Shown: positions 40,201 through 50,889, numbered from the stretch's first letter. The stretch is 64,000 bases of DNA from an uncultured bacterium (GCA_964619725.1 CAZUFC010000027.1:1-64000), one strand, 5' to 3'. Notes: generated from the sequence alone by a model not told the origin. Numbers and translations are program-made.

Positions 40201-41111
40201 GTTATTTCGCTCTCGATATATCCGGAGTAAATATACATGTAGACGCCTTTTCCGAAGTAGGCGTTGAACTGATTATTCGATATGGAGGTGTTGATGAAAC
40301 CGGTATCGATGAAGAAATCGACTGCCGTTCCCCGGGATGTCACCTCGTTATAGGCGATCGCTGCCGTTAAATAATCGGCGTTTGTTTCAAAGGATATTCC
40401 AGCGCCTTCAGCCGTTATCGAGTTCATGCTGATGTCAATGTCTGCAGGCACGGAAGAGGTTGAATTCACGGCAATGCCCCCGGAAACGTCGGTGATCGTA
40501 TTGCCGGCTATGATCGGCGTTCCTTGAAGGATATCCCGGCCCGGACTGTATCCCGTTATGATCATGATTCCCGTGGGAGGATAAACAGAATAATAGTATT
40601 CCGTTCCTGAAATAACATTGTCGGTGATGGATGCGTCGGAATTGAAAGAATAAATGCCGTAATCGACGTAATAAGGAACGGCCGGATAGTTGATCGTATT
40701 GTTGGAGATCGTAACCGCACTGGAAGTAAGGTTTATCGCTTCCGGCGTCCAATTTACGACGTGAAAACCGTCTAAAAGTCCGTCCGTCAAGTTTGTAGCC
40801 GAAACTGGCGTCCCTGTTCCCGCTGCATCGATCACCGTAACATAGTTTACAATGTCACGACTCCAACCAGAAGATTCATAACCTCCCAGCAGCGATACTC
40901 CCTCTTTTAATTGGATCAGCTCCGAATAAACTCCCCGCGCCACCTGCACGGTGTCTCCGGACTCAGCAATGGCCAGTGCTTCGTTTATCGTTTCAAAGTC
41001 TCCGCCTCCTGACCAGTCGACCTTGAAGACCGCTCCATGGACAGGAAGCATGAATCCCGCGATTCCGGCAAGAAAAAATGAAAATTGAATCATTCTCAAC
41101 AGCTTTTTCAC
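37248..41111 (-). CDS. Large secreted right-handed beta-helix (NosD-like repeat) protein with PT linker and C-terminal anchor
   Basis: Signal peptide, VDWSGGGDFETI..GDTVQVARG.Y, dozens of IxxNxI..GI turns, (PTEI)n, IPAL + TM + RKNKF. Confidence 0.88.
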   Translation of the reverse strand: MKKLLRMIQFSFFLAGIAGFMLPVHGAVFKVDWSGGGDFETINEALAIAESGDTVQVARGVYSELIQLKEGVSLLGGYESSGWSRDIVNYVTVIDAAGTGTPVSATNLTDGLLDGFHVVNWTPEAINLTSSAVTISNNTINYPAVPYYVDYGIYSFNSDASITDNVISGTEYYYSVYPPTGIMIITGYSPGRDILQGTPIIAGNTITDVSGGIAVNSTSSVPADIDISMNSITAEGAGISFETNADYLTAAIAYNEVTSRGTAVDFFIDTGFINTSISNNQFNAYFGKGVYMYIYSGYIESEITYNTITSNNSGIDFYGYNGYMMPTCSNNDIDTLHMGVFMASISGDIVDPTISDNFITSGDPGIIIRNGYGLEKKGFNPSITRNFIYSGNYAVHCESEFSDIGGTISQNEIFSGDNFGFGIRTAAENGNITMDFNQNTIFGSEFDSDTGIFIDANGNVTSSVIDNLIIDSNTGIFLSAYDGEISPVVSQNVLAVDDDGISMFGGDSSASPIITGNMVESASGSGISCSSLNGNVEGSIVGNKISAEWTGIYLTSVSGSLTSGISQNEIVNAETGIFLRDSAEEVSKDTEFTPSIVDNKLLNCSTGILAVSEFCNNESYISENVISAFDLGIGGYSYAGNSMPTIVDNSILESSTGMVSFAYYGANDPEISRNSIRAYGAGVQAVVYNGETAPSVVDNVIMDSYTGISVYEYGSPASADDPKQNTMNLSVTQNDLSNVVAGVYCWSDTLNVTGSVAQNTIDSAYMGGIFTYSVNGYNSAQITDNTITGPYFGGAMNVGIAAGTGDGNLNSAITSNVILDSSTGIVIGSYGAENVAVVSNNKIDKTRQNGVFAAAMSGSVTPTISNNEISMFSPQYNAKAGMYGIFCGELFMPHYDISAPTITDNIISGGPEYGIGVNTSDQLIPTISRNIMDSGIYLRSQQPVNKREDSKQTTNPIISDNIIDAADIGETMGIFLNADYSTGAEGTFAHNIIKNTQRGIDIDAGSTCTSVISNNLITGVAEQSVKIQNNGEFSMEPLITNNTLADSSDGIYLLGYDPSPVIKDNIIASQTNIGILISTGYASGDSSKDPTIDYNCLWNNNQDYFGCTAGPNDIAADPLFTSGPSGNNYLSQIAAGQSQDSPCVDAGSDLAANLQVLGIYLSELNTRTDIVDDDGTVDIGFHYNDQPPTPIPTPFPTDIPTQAPTAIPTDIPTQVPTEIPTEIPTEIPTEIPTNTPTATPSYTPEMTAAPTVQPTPAPIPALGSVGILSLLLSLTVAFLAYIRKNKF

Positions 41112-41292
41112 CCTGGATCTCCTTGAAAAAAATTTAAATTCGAAAAAAGAGCCTCAAAATAATACATAACTCCCTCATTAGTACTTCAATAAGAATATAA
41201 TAAAAAAAAATCAGAAGTCAAATGTCTGATACAATTTTTTGCGCTTTGAATTTATTTTCGAATTTATGTATTTTGATTTTGGAGAGCGTTTT

Positions 41293-43254
41293 ATGGGGAG
41301 AGCGATCAGGAGCGCTTCCGAAAGCGGTATTTCAATTGAATCAGGATTATTTTTTTTATGGAGCAACTTGGAAACGAATAAGACAAAACATTTAACTTTT
41401 TTATTTTTTGCAGCGTTATTGGGTTTGACGGCTTATTCCAATTCTTTCAAAGCGCCGTTTCAGTGGGACGGAAACGCTTTCATCAAGGGGAATCCAGCGG
41501 TCATGAATCCATCCTCATGGTTTTCTCCTATAAAGATAATGGGGCCGAAGTATTATTCTGCTTTCAAGCAAAGAAGCGTGACTTATATGACATTTGCTTT
41601 GAATTACCGGCTGCACGGTTTCGATGTTATGGGTTACCACATATTCAATTTCATAATTCATGCGGCGAATGCATTTTTAGCTTACTTGCTTGTCATTCAA
41701 TTATTGAGGAGTCCTTATCTGCGACGGGCATTCTTGTCGTCCGAAAGAGCCTGGATAGCCTTTTTCGTATGCCTGTTTTTTATTTCTCATCCTGTACAGA
41801 CGATGGCAGTCACTTATATTTATCAAAGGCTTACGTCTCTTGTAGCGTTTTTTTATTTAGCATCAGTCAATCTGTATCTGGCCGCAAGACTGGGGAGGAA
41901 ACGATTTTCAAAAGCCGGATGTCTGTCGTTAGCGGTTTTATGTGCTGCGACGGCCATGAAAACGAAACAGAACGCATTTACGATACCTGTGATTGCGGTC
42001 GTCATAGAATTTTTGTTTTTCAAAGGGCGAATCGCCAAACGGGCATTTCGATTGGTTCCGCTTTTTTTGACCATGCTGATTATACCTTTGTCCATGGTTC
42101 ATTTCGACAGGCCGATCGACGATATGATGAACGACTTCGGCGACGTGACGCAGGTTAACCAGGGCGTCACGCGCCGGCAGTATCTGCTTACTCAATTTCG
42201 AGTCATAACGACTTACATCAGGCTGTTGCTGCTTCCAGTGAATCAGACTGTTCTATATGATTTTCCGACGTCTCATTCGTTTTTTGAACTAAAGGTCCTC
42301 ATTTCATTTTTATTCCTGTCGGTTTTATTCGGAGGGGCTGTTTTTTTGATATTTTTATCGAGGAAGCGCAGAAGGGAGTTACGGTTGATCGGATTCGGGA
42401 TAATATGGTTTTTCATAACCTTGTCGGTTGAATCCAGCATAATTCCATTGCTGAAAATCCAGGAATACCGGGTTTATCTTCCTTCGATCGGATTCATAAC
42501 GGCTGCGATTACAGGATTGTATGTCTTAAAGGAGAAGATAAAGAAATCCCGGATGAAGCGCGGCGTCCCGGCATTGCTTCTGGCGATAAGCTTCGTCTTG
42601 GCTGCAGCGACCTATACCCGGAATAGAGTTTATCGCGATAAGCATACTTTCTGGGCTGACGTTATGGAAAAATCCCCGAAGCGTCCGGAGGTTCACAATT
42701 ACCTGGGCATGGAATTCAGGTCTGAGGGCAAACGAGAGAAAGCAAAGCAACATTTTCTGAAAGCGATAGAGCTGGGTTCGCTGCATGCTCCGCCTTACAA
42801 TAATTTAGGAATGATGTACATGGTTGAAGGGGAATATGCAAAAGCAGAGCGTTATTACATGCAAGCTTTAAAATTAGACCCAGCCAATGAAGTCGTACAC
42901 AGCAATCTGGGCAATGTCTATTTTTCGATGGGAAGAATCGAGGAATCCATAACGCACTATAAAAAAGCGATAAAATTAAAGCCGAATTTTCCGGAGGCTC
43001 ACAATAATCTCGGAGCGGCCTACAAAAAGAAAGGTATGCTTGAAGAAGCCGGAAAGGAACACCAACGGGCGATCGACCTTAAGCCGGACTATTATAATGC
43101 CCGGTATAATCTGGCGCTGGTTATGTATGAACAGGGCAAATTGAGCGCAGCCTTAAAAGAATGCATGGCAGCTCTAAATTTGAACCGTGATTTTCCTCAG
43201 GCGCAAAGACTTTATCGAAAGATTAAAGCCGCTGTTGAGCTGCGTAATCTCTGA
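41293..43254 (+). CDS. TMTC-like multi-TM protein with C-terminal TPRs
   Basis: YSNSF..PFQWDG, TFALNY, GYHIFNFIIH, SHPVQTMAVTYIYQR, KTKQNA, EYRVYLPS, TPRs. Start uncertain (41239-41293). Confidence 0.85.
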   Translation: MGRAIRSASESGISIESGLFFLWSNLETNKTKHLTFLFFAALLGLTAYSNSFKAPFQWDGNAFIKGNPAVMNPSSWFSPIKIMGPKYYSAFKQRSVTYMTFALNYRLHGFDVMGYHIFNFIIHAANAFLAYLLVIQLLRSPYLRRAFLSSERAWIAFFVCLFFISHPVQTMAVTYIYQRLTSLVAFFYLASVNLYLAARLGRKRFSKAGCLSLAVLCAATAMKTKQNAFTIPVIAVVIEFLFFKGRIAKRAFRLVPLFLTMLIIPLSMVHFDRPIDDMMNDFGDVTQVNQGVTRRQYLLTQFRVITTYIRLLLLPVNQTVLYDFPTSHSFFELKVLISFLFLSVLFGGAVFLIFLSRKRRRELRLIGFGIIWFFITLSVESSIIPLLKIQEYRVYLPSIGFITAAITGLYVLKEKIKKSRMKRGVPALLLAISFVLAAATYTRNRVYRDKHTFWADVMEKSPKRPEVHNYLGMEFRSEGKREKAKQHFLKAIELGSLHAPPYNNLGMMYMVEGEYAKAERYYMQALKLDPANEVVHSNLGNVYFSMGRIEESITHYKKAIKLKPNFPEAHNNLGAAYKKKGMLEEAGKEHQRAIDLKPDYYNARYNLALVMYEQGKLSAALKECMAALNLNRDFPQAQRLYRKIKAAVELRNL

Positions 43255-43263
43255 GGAAAGCTC

Positions 43264-45276
43264 ATGGGTTTTCAGCTACGGATAGGGGAAGCGCTGAACC
43301 GATTTTTTTGTCGTAAATGCTCCGCTTATTCCAGTTTTTCAAGAAAGATAAACAATAAAATATTTCAACTTTTGATTATTTTGGCCACCGGAATGATCGC
43401 TTATTCCAATTCATTTTCAGTTCCATTTCAATGGGACGACATACCATTTATCGCGAACAATCCGGGAATAAAAGACCCCGGAATGTTTTTCAATTCGCAG
43501 GAAAAACTGATGATCAGAGGAATACCTCACGTTCGACAGCGGATTATCGTTTTTTTATCCTTTGCGTTAAATTACAGAATTCATCAGCTTAGAACATGCG
43601 GGTATCATGCAGTCAATTTCATCATTCACGGGATAAACGGTTTACTGATTTATGGTTTAATTACATCAATTTTTCAAACGCCTTTTTTCCGAAAAAGGAA
43701 AACTTCCCTGAATCCCAGGACGACGGCGTTCTATGCATCGCTGTTGTTTATTTCTCATCCTTTACAGACGATGGCGGTAACTTATATTTATCAGAGATTA
43801 GCCTCATTGGTGGCGTTATTTTATTTTTTATCGGCGTTCCTGTTCATAAAATACAGACTGGAGCAGAATAAAACAAAGGCGATATTTTTTTATACCGCTG
43901 CATTTCTCTCGACGCTCGCAGCCATGAAAACAAAGGAAAACGCTTTTACGTTGCCTTTCGTTCTTTTGCTGATCGAGCATCTATTCTTCCGGGGTCCATG
44001 GAAAAGCCGTCTGATCAGAATGATTCCGTTTCTGCTTGCTTTGACGGTTATTCCAGCGTCCTTCATCAGCTTTAAGGAACCTCTGCAAGAATCAACCGCT
44101 GAAATTGATGCGATGACCAAACCTCTTAAGGGAATATCACGCCTGCCGTTTTTTTATACTCAATTGAAAGTCCTGGTAATTTACCTGAGACTTTTATTTT
44201 TTCCTGTCGGTCAGTCGGTCATTTACTACATCGAAAGAGCATACACGCTTTTTAACGTTAAAGTCCTTCTGTCTGTGCTTTTTTTATCGTCGCTTTTTTT
44301 CGGGGCTGTTATAATTTGCAAGCGGTCCAGGAAGGCGCATGGCGAGCTGAGAGTCGTTTCCCTGGGAATATTCTGGTTTTTCATTACCATATCAGTCGAA
44401 TCCGGATTCGTTCCCATAATAATGCTGCAGGAATATCGAGTCTATCTGCCTTCTTTCGGCATTTTCATGACTTTTTCGGCGGGAATTTTTTATATACTGC
44501 AAAAAGTTGAGCGCAGAAGAATGAAAAAAGTGATCTATTCACTGTTGATCGTCATTCCTGTTTTGCTGACGGGCGCGACATTCGCCAGGAACAGAGTCTG
44601 GCAGAGCAGGATCAGTTTATGGAAGGATGTGACGGAAAAGCAGCCATACATCGCCAAAGCCTTCGGGAACCTGGGAGAGGCTTACCAGGAAGCCGGACGA
44701 ATCAAGGAGGCGGTGGAACAGTTTGAGGAGGCGATAAGATTGAAGCCGGATTATGCCGCGCCTTACAGTAATCTGGGAATGATAAAACTCTCCCAGGGGA
44801 AGGCTGATGAAGCGATAGACTACTACCGTATTGCTATGGTCCTGGAGCCGGATTGGGAAGTAGTTTACAACAATCTGGGCAACGCCTATCTGGCTAAAAA
44901 CAAAACAGAAAAAGCCATGTATCATTATCTTAAGGCTCTCGAACTTAAACCGACCTATGCTGAAGCGCACAACAATCTGGGCGTCGCTTATTCTTATGGA
45001 AAGCAATTCGATAAAGCCAAAAGACATCATGAACTGGCATTGAAATTCAAACCAGATTTTGCGGGAGCGCATTATAATCTGGGGCTTCTTTATGCTAAAA
45101 CCGGATTATACGACAAGGCTGCATTGGAGTGCCGGAAAGCGCTGAATATTATACCCGACTATGAAAAGGCGCAGCAATTGTTGGAGAGGATGAAGTCGGC
45201 TGGAGGCGCCGGTATGGGGAGCAACGGATCGATACGGATTTCGAGCCCGACGCCGATTGAATCCGGGCGGCGATAA
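43264..45276 (+). CDS. TMTC-like multi-TM protein with C-terminal TPRs (tandem paralog)
   Basis: PFQWDD, SHPLQTMAVTYIYQR, KTKENA, EYRVYLPS, RNRVWQ, TPRs. Confidence 0.87.
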   Translation: MGFQLRIGEALNRFFCRKCSAYSSFSRKINNKIFQLLIILATGMIAYSNSFSVPFQWDDIPFIANNPGIKDPGMFFNSQEKLMIRGIPHVRQRIIVFLSFALNYRIHQLRTCGYHAVNFIIHGINGLLIYGLITSIFQTPFFRKRKTSLNPRTTAFYASLLFISHPLQTMAVTYIYQRLASLVALFYFLSAFLFIKYRLEQNKTKAIFFYTAAFLSTLAAMKTKENAFTLPFVLLLIEHLFFRGPWKSRLIRMIPFLLALTVIPASFISFKEPLQESTAEIDAMTKPLKGISRLPFFYTQLKVLVIYLRLLFFPVGQSVIYYIERAYTLFNVKVLLSVLFLSSLFFGAVIICKRSRKAHGELRVVSLGIFWFFITISVESGFVPIIMLQEYRVYLPSFGIFMTFSAGIFYILQKVERRRMKKVIYSLLIVIPVLLTGATFARNRVWQSRISLWKDVTEKQPYIAKAFGNLGEAYQEAGRIKEAVEQFEEAIRLKPDYAAPYSNLGMIKLSQGKADEAIDYYRIAMVLEPDWEVVYNNLGNAYLAKNKTEKAMYHYLKALELKPTYAEAHNNLGVAYSYGKQFDKAKRHHELALKFKPDFAGAHYNLGLLYAKTGLYDKAALECRKALNIIPDYEKAQQLLERMKSAGGAGMGSNGSIRISSPTPIESGRR

Positions 45277-45673
45277 ACCGGCCGGACTGTCAAATATCTC
45301 TGTTTCATAATACAAAAGCTAAATTCCGTTTTATCGATTACAGGATTTTCGAGTTACCGGCAAAAACTTGTCAGTTTTTTTCGTCGAAAAACGCGACAAG
45401 TCAGCGCCTGCTTATGAATTCGATTATCGATTAAAATTTTTCTGCTGGAGAGGCGCTGCGGTTCCTGGGCAAAAAAGTTATAAACGGCTGACGGCCCGAT
45501 TTTGTCGCGAAGAAGATTGATCGGTCTCGATAATTGAGATATTATTTATTTTGTGGGAGATTCGAGTTATTGGTTTGCGAACATTCAAAATGCATCGCGA
45601 GCCGGGAGCATCGTATGGAAGAATCTTCAGCAGTCATTCATAAGGCTGAAGGAAGGCGAAAAGGGGAGCAAGC

Positions 45674-46450
45674 ATGAAAAAAATTTTTATCGGATGTCTT
45701 GGATTTCTCGTCATAATCGTTACCGGGTTTGTATTAGTTTTCCTGCTGACTTCAAACATGGTCGGCACTACGGATAAATTTTTTACGGCCGTAAAAGAGA
45801 AGGATTTTGAGAAAGCTTACGAATACACCTCTGAAGAATTTCAAGCAGGAACGTCGCTGGAGTCTCTTAAAAGATTTTTAGAGCAATCCGCTATAATCGA
45901 TTACAAAGCTGCGACCTGGAATTCGCGTTCTATAACTCAAAACCAGGGTCAGTTGAAGGGCGCATTGGAAACGATCGAGGGGGGAACGATACCGGTTGAG
46001 GTATCCCTGGTTAAGGAGGAAGGAGGATGGAGAATCCAGCATATTCGCAAGCAGGCTTCAGGAATCGAGGAGAGCGTCAGTGAGAAAACAATTCCTCCTG
46101 AAGAGGAATTGAAGAAAATGACGAACGAGTCTATGCTTTTGTTGGCGGAAGCGATTAATGCAGAGGATTTCAGCGAATTCCACGCCGGCATATCCAGGTT
46201 ATGGCAGTCTCAGATGACTGAGGAAGAATTGCTGGAAATTTTTAAACCCTTTACGGAAATAGATGTCGATTTAACTTTCGTGAAAAATTTGGAGCCTGTG
46301 TTCAGCGAGCCGCCTAAAATAAATGAGGATGAACTTTTGTTGCTGAAAGGTTATTATCCATCCAAGCCTCCGATAGTGAATTTTGATTTGAAGTATATTT
46401 ATGAGTATCCCGATTGGGAATTGTTCGGCATCCAGGTGAATCTTAAATGA
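45674..46450 (+). CDS. Membrane-anchored hypothetical protein (NTF2/DUF4864-like N-domain)
   Basis: GGAG RBS, N-terminal TM, FF.AV...DFEKAY...S.EFQ and LVKEEGGWRI pattern. Confidence 0.7.
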   Translation: MKKIFIGCLGFLVIIVTGFVLVFLLTSNMVGTTDKFFTAVKEKDFEKAYEYTSEEFQAGTSLESLKRFLEQSAIIDYKAATWNSRSITQNQGQLKGALETIEGGTIPVEVSLVKEEGGWRIQHIRKQASGIEESVSEKTIPPEEELKKMTNESMLLLAEAINAEDFSEFHAGISRLWQSQMTEEELLEIFKPFTEIDVDLTFVKNLEPVFSEPPKINEDELLLLKGYYPSKPPIVNFDLKYIYEYPDWELFGIQVNLK

Positions 46451-46528
46451 TGAATTTCATCTGATGATTATTGCAGGACTTTAATCAGCGGGCAGGCGCG
46501 ACGGAATCAGCCTTTTGCAATTGAAAGG

Positions 46529-46575
46529 CATAGAAACGATTTCGGACGCTGTTCCGAACAAACAGCGTCCGAAAT
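46529..46575. terminator. Long stem-loop between convergent genes
   Basis: ATTTCGGACGCTGTT / AACAGCGTCCGAAAT, a 15-bp perfect stem. Confidence 0.7.
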
Positions 46576-46673
46576 TCAAATGTCATGATTGATAAAGTCT
46601 GTAAACATGCTCTTTTGTAATCCGGCATGCCGGTATGGAGAGTAGCCGGAATTAAAGAGCTTTTGTTCAGGCA

Positions 46674-48974
46674 TTAAAAGCCTTGCAATTCCTCCACCTG
46701 ATTTTTAAGCGTTTCGACTTGTTGTGATAAGTCCTTGACGGCTTCCACCAGTACAGGAACGAGCTGTGAATAGGAGACGGCCATATCGCCGTCGCATTTC
46801 ATGGGATTCTCATCATAGTATTCAGCGACATCGGGGTCTAGTTTGATAGATTCATTCCCATCGGTGATGCGGATAATGGAGCTGTCGGGGAAGAGTTCAG
46901 CCAGTTCCTGAGCGGATAAGCCGTAATGCGTGCCCTGGGGCAGGCCTTTGTCTTCATTTTCTGATAGCCACTCATAGGAGACGCCGTTGATTTTTTGAAC
47001 GAGTTCGAGGGCGTTATCAATGGGGCGAACATTTTTCTGAAGCCTGGAGTCGGAAGCAATCCACAGTCCGTTGACGCAGGCGGGACCGGCGACGTGTAAT
47101 TTGTAATTTTCGCTGGGGTAGACTCCGATTCCGGTATTCCCGCCGAAATGACAGCCGGCGTTTTTAAAAGCGGATTCAAAGGCAATATCGTCACCGCCCC
47201 AACCGCTGCCGGTGGCGGTGAAACCCCTCAGGAGTCTTCCGTTGTCATCGTCGATTCCAGCATAGAAGCCGTAATTGAAATAGGCGGGGAGGTCATCGGT
47301 GTGGTAGCCGCAATGAGCGCCTCCGCCGTTAGTATAGGCGCTGGAACCGTAGGCGGAAGCCCTGATGCATACGCCCCAGGGTCGCGGAGAATCTGAAGTG
47401 GAAGTTATGACCGCTGTAATGGGATTCAAGGCGCTGGACCTTATGCCGTAGGTGTCGGCATAAGTATAGACCCCGTAATAATCGCCGTAGGCATAGACGC
47501 CGGTGTTGCCGCCGTAGAAATATCCTCCCGTGGAATAACTGTATCCGTATACTCCCCGGTATCCGCCTTCGAAGTAGCCGCCGTATCCCCAATTGTCATA
47601 GGGCCAACTCCTTCCGTACACTGCGATTCCATCCGTATATGAATCATAGGTATATTCGGAGTGTATGACGTGGGTCGTATCGCTTTCAACCTGCAACTGG
47701 TATGAGGGGGCAGAGGCGGAACCCAGGCCGGTTTTACCGGCAAGGTAATTCGATCCTGAACCGTTTGCGGAGATGTTATAACCCGGAGAGTCCACAAGCA
47801 GCTCCAGGGCCGTGTCGTCCGAGTCCTGGTTTGAAATGTGAATCGTGATGCCGCGGACCGCTGAACCTCCGTCGTCGTTAATGCCTGCGTATAAGCCATA
47901 GACGAATCCGCAACCTGAGGAGGAAGTAGTAATATCCGTACGATAGGCTCCCCCCGTCAGCGCTGAACCTGAGGCGTTCATTCCCGCCATGTAAGCCCAG
48001 GGTCTGTCATTGTCCGCCACGCTGACTTCAGAATAAATTCCCCGCTTGGCGCCGTCCACGTATAATTTGTATAAGCCGGTGCTTGAGCTGCCGATGCCGA
48101 CGGTATCGCTGTTCGTCACCAGACTGACGGTTGAGCCTGAGTCGGTCCAACCGTTCCCCGGACCTGACGGACCGCGTGAACCGGTGGGACCTCGGGCTCC
48201 CGTGGGACCCATTGCGCCCGTGGGACCCTGGGGACCGCTGGGACCGCGACTTCCCGTCGGGCCGGAAGGTCCTCTTGAGCCCGCAGGACCAATAGGTCCG
48301 GACGGTCCGGAAGGTCCGCGCGCACCGGTAGGTCCCTGAGCGCCGGGTGAACCCGTTGGGCCGGAAGGACCTCGGGAACCTGTCGCTCCAGCCGGTCCGG
48401 TGGGACCGGACGGTCCCGCAGGTCCTGTTGCTCCCGTTAATCCCATCGGTCCTGACGGTCCGGAAGGACCCGACGGACCTGTGGGGCCTGCCAATCCCAT
48501 CGCTTCACCGACCCATTCGCCCGAAGAATTTATTACCGTGCCGTACCCGGTTATGGATATGCTTTGAGGCGTTATATTTCGATCGAAAACGTCGTCGGCC
48601 TGTGCCGAACGATAAGACTGACCCGTGCTGGTTAATTTTAACCGGGGACTCATAGTTTCACCGTCCACGATTATCTGAAGCCAGAATGTTCCATTGAAAT
48701 TGACGTCTCCGGGGTCAATGGGATTCGCCGCACCCAATAATACATTGAAAATGCCGGCATTTACGCTGACGTCGTTATGCGTTTCCTCCCAAAGCAAACT
48801 TCCCCCGAAAGGCGAATCGTATATTCTGAAAGTGAAATCAAAATTGCCCGTTTCCGGCTCCCCCATATTGTCCGTTAATGTTCCCTGATAATTGATCTGA
48901 TAAGGGATTTCTGCATGAACCGCAACAGAAATTGAACAAATAAGAAATAAAATCAAAAATCCTCTAGCTCTCAT
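46674..48974 (-). CDS. Secreted collagen-like protein with a C-terminal peptidase S74 (intramolecular chaperone) domain
   Basis: Signal peptide, [16 protein letters not shown] domain, 38 Gly-X-Y triplets, GxYG repeats, [30 protein letters not shown] coiled coil. Confidence 0.88.
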   Translation of the reverse strand: MRARGFLILFLICSISVAVHAEIPYQINYQGTLTDNMGEPETGNFDFTFRIYDSPFGGSLLWEETHNDVSVNAGIFNVLLGAANPIDPGDVNFNGTFWLQIIVDGETMSPRLKLTSTGQSYRSAQADDVFDRNITPQSISITGYGTVINSSGEWVGEAMGLAGPTGPSGPSGPSGPMGLTGATGPAGPSGPTGPAGATGSRGPSGPTGSPGAQGPTGARGPSGPSGPIGPAGSRGPSGPTGSRGPSGPQGPTGAMGPTGARGPTGSRGPSGPGNGWTDSGSTVSLVTNSDTVGIGSSSTGLYKLYVDGAKRGIYSEVSVADNDRPWAYMAGMNASGSALTGGAYRTDITTSSSGCGFVYGLYAGINDDGGSAVRGITIHISNQDSDDTALELLVDSPGYNISANGSGSNYLAGKTGLGSASAPSYQLQVESDTTHVIHSEYTYDSYTDGIAVYGRSWPYDNWGYGGYFEGGYRGVYGYSYSTGGYFYGGNTGVYAYGDYYGVYTYADTYGIRSSALNPITAVITSTSDSPRPWGVCIRASAYGSSAYTNGGGAHCGYHTDDLPAYFNYGFYAGIDDDNGRLLRGFTATGSGWGGDDIAFESAFKNAGCHFGGNTGIGVYPSENYKLHVAGPACVNGLWIASDSRLQKNVRPIDNALELVQKINGVSYEWLSENEDKGLPQGTHYGLSAQELAELFPDSSIIRITDGNESIKLDPDVAEYYDENPMKCDGDMAVSYSQLVPVLVEAVKDLSQQVETLKNQVEELQGF
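48156..48497 (-). repeat. Collagen Gly-X-Y repeat (38 triplets, mostly GPT/GPS)
   Basis: Counted from the translation. Confidence 0.95.
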
Positions 48975-49279
48975 ATTAATCCTCCTGATTGCTGAAGTTT
49001 CAATTCTGAACGAATATCTTTCCCGTCATCGAAATCGTGATCTCATGACCAATGCCCCCTTTCCAGGAAAAAACCGGCAAATGCCGAGTCAAAAATTTTT
49101 TCTGAAAAAAATATTTCTCTAAATCCAAAGCAGAATATTTATTATATAATTATCAGGAAGATGTCAATGCCGAACCAAGAAAAATTAAAGAAAAACATTT
49201 GTCCCAGGTGTTGCGGATCAAGTAATGATTTGATTCTGGAGCAAAAATTCGAAGCGCGAGTTCGTCCAGGCATTCCGGG

Positions 49280-50380
49280 TTAATAATGGGTTTGCGGACC
49301 TTCGCCGGTGCGAACTTTTTTGATAAAGACCAGGAGCAGGCTGAGAAATAATACAAGTATTAGTCGGGATAAACCGTTTTCTGCCGGGACTTTTGGATTT
49401 TCAGGATCGGACGTCGGAGTTTTAATGAAGGTCGTGAAGAAGGTGTGCGTGGATGTTTGTGAGGCGGTCGGCGAAGCAGAAGGAGATGCCGTATGACTGG
49501 GTGAAAAGGAAGGAGTAGATGTTTGTGTTGAAGATGGGGACATTGTGGGCGATAGGGTAGGTGAAAGCGTTAGAGTTGGAGAGCTGCTTGGAGAGGATGT
49601 GGGTGTGAAGGTAGGCGAATGAGTGCAGGACGGTGAAAATGTCGGGGAATTGGTGACAGTGGGCGTAAGGGACGGTGATAGAGTAGGCGAAACTGTGGGC
49701 GTTCCTGTAGGCGACAGGGAAGAGGTTGGAGTGACTGAAGGGGAGAGCGTTGCGGTGCAGGTTGGGGTTTTTGTGGGAGTAGGCGTCCGTGTCGGCGTTC
49801 CGGTGGGAGTGCTGGAGGGTGTTCGCGTCGAAGTAGGCGTAGGCAGCGAACCCCAGGCTCTGAATTCGTAGAGGTAGTACTTAGAATAAGTCAAGTTGCC
49901 GCCGCCTCCCGATGCGAAAACTTTGATACGGGATACATTGTTCCAGGAGCCGTCTGCGGCGTCGGTGGTCGTGCCGAAATTTCCCGATCCGTTCATAACG
50001 GCATGCCAACTGCCGCCGTAAAAGAGAGAAACTTCCCACGTTCCGCCTCCATTTCCCGGCAGTTGATGAACCAGTTCCACCCTAGTAACGTTATCCGCGG
50101 TCTGGCCGAAATCCACTTGAATCGTGTCGTCGAAAGCGCCGACAAAGGGATGCCCTTCGCATACCAAACTGGTCCCGGCGTTATCGTCTCTTACATTATT
50201 GGGATTGCCGCTATAATAACCGCCCAGAATGGAATTAGCTGCTGCGGAAGCTGATGCTCCGGGTTGAATCGACCAGTTGACGGCAGCCGTCGATATTGCA
50301 GCGGAATCGAGAGTCAGAACGGTCAAAAAGAGCAAGATTCTGAGAAAAATTTTTTCCGTAAAGTCAGGGAATTTCATCAT
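49280..50380 (-). CDS. Secreted protein with a small beta-sandwich-like domain, long Ser/Thr/Pro stalk and C-terminal anchor
   Basis: Signal-like N-terminus, ~150-aa S/T/P tract, VPAE + TM + KKVR. Start inferred at ATG 50380. Confidence 0.8.
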   Translation of the reverse strand: MMKFPDFTEKIFLRILLFLTVLTLDSAAISTAAVNWSIQPGASASAAANSILGGYYSGNPNNVRDDNAGTSLVCEGHPFVGAFDDTIQVDFGQTADNVTRVELVHQLPGNGGGTWEVSLFYGGSWHAVMNGSGNFGTTTDAADGSWNNVSRIKVFASGGGGNLTYSKYYLYEFRAWGSLPTPTSTRTPSSTPTGTPTRTPTPTKTPTCTATLSPSVTPTSSLSPTGTPTVSPTLSPSLTPTVTNSPTFSPSCTHSPTFTPTSSPSSSPTLTLSPTLSPTMSPSSTQTSTPSFSPSHTASPSASPTASQTSTHTFFTTFIKTPTSDPENPKVPAENGLSRLILVLFLSLLLVFIKKVRTGEGPQTHY

Positions 50381-50568
50381 AAGACGCCTCTTTATCGCTT
50401 TTTTTCTTATAAAAAATGCGCTTACAGAAAAGTGACTAATCAACGATGCTTTTTAGCAGACAACAATGGGAAAGTCAAACCGGAAAAATTCTGAAACATA
50501 CTGGTTTCAATATATTTAACGTCTTCGGCTTACTTGTCGTTCCTGCGCGGCTTCTCTGGAGATTTTTA

Positions 50569-50717
50569 GGCATTGATCAAAAAAGCGTCTTTTGAGATTA
50601 CAATTCGACAGAATCTCCCATCATTTTGTTTCAATTGCGATCCAGGTCCCGGCCCCGATCACTGAAACAAATCGTCAAGAGATTTGAAAGAAGCGTAACG
50701 CCTGTTTGATCAGTCCC
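50569..50717. mobile_element. MITE-like dispersed repeat, copy B
   Basis: Colinear with 1615-1753; TIRs GGCATTGATCAAA / TTTGATCAGTCCC. Confidence 0.7.
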
Positions 50718-50889
50718 GGTTTTACTCCTGGACCAGGGAAGTCAACGGCAATGATTACAGTCCTGGACACTCATTGAATTTTTTCAGTTAATTAGAGGAG
50801 TTTATGGATTGACATGAGAGGAAGGATAAAGGATATTCAGCAGGGAAAGTGTTTGCCGCGGTAACGGCGGCTTAAAGCGAGGCATATCA

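Noticed and set aside
41463-42158. 231-aa alternate-frame ORF, representative of the many nested or antisense ORFs in the track
   Set aside because: Lies inside a well-supported gene and shows no recognisable motifs.
48046-48339. Gly/Pro-rich plus-strand ORF
   Set aside because: Antisense shadow of the collagen repeat.
46674-48974. Prophage tail fibre
   Set aside because: It has a signal peptide and no phage structural, integrase or lysis genes are nearby.
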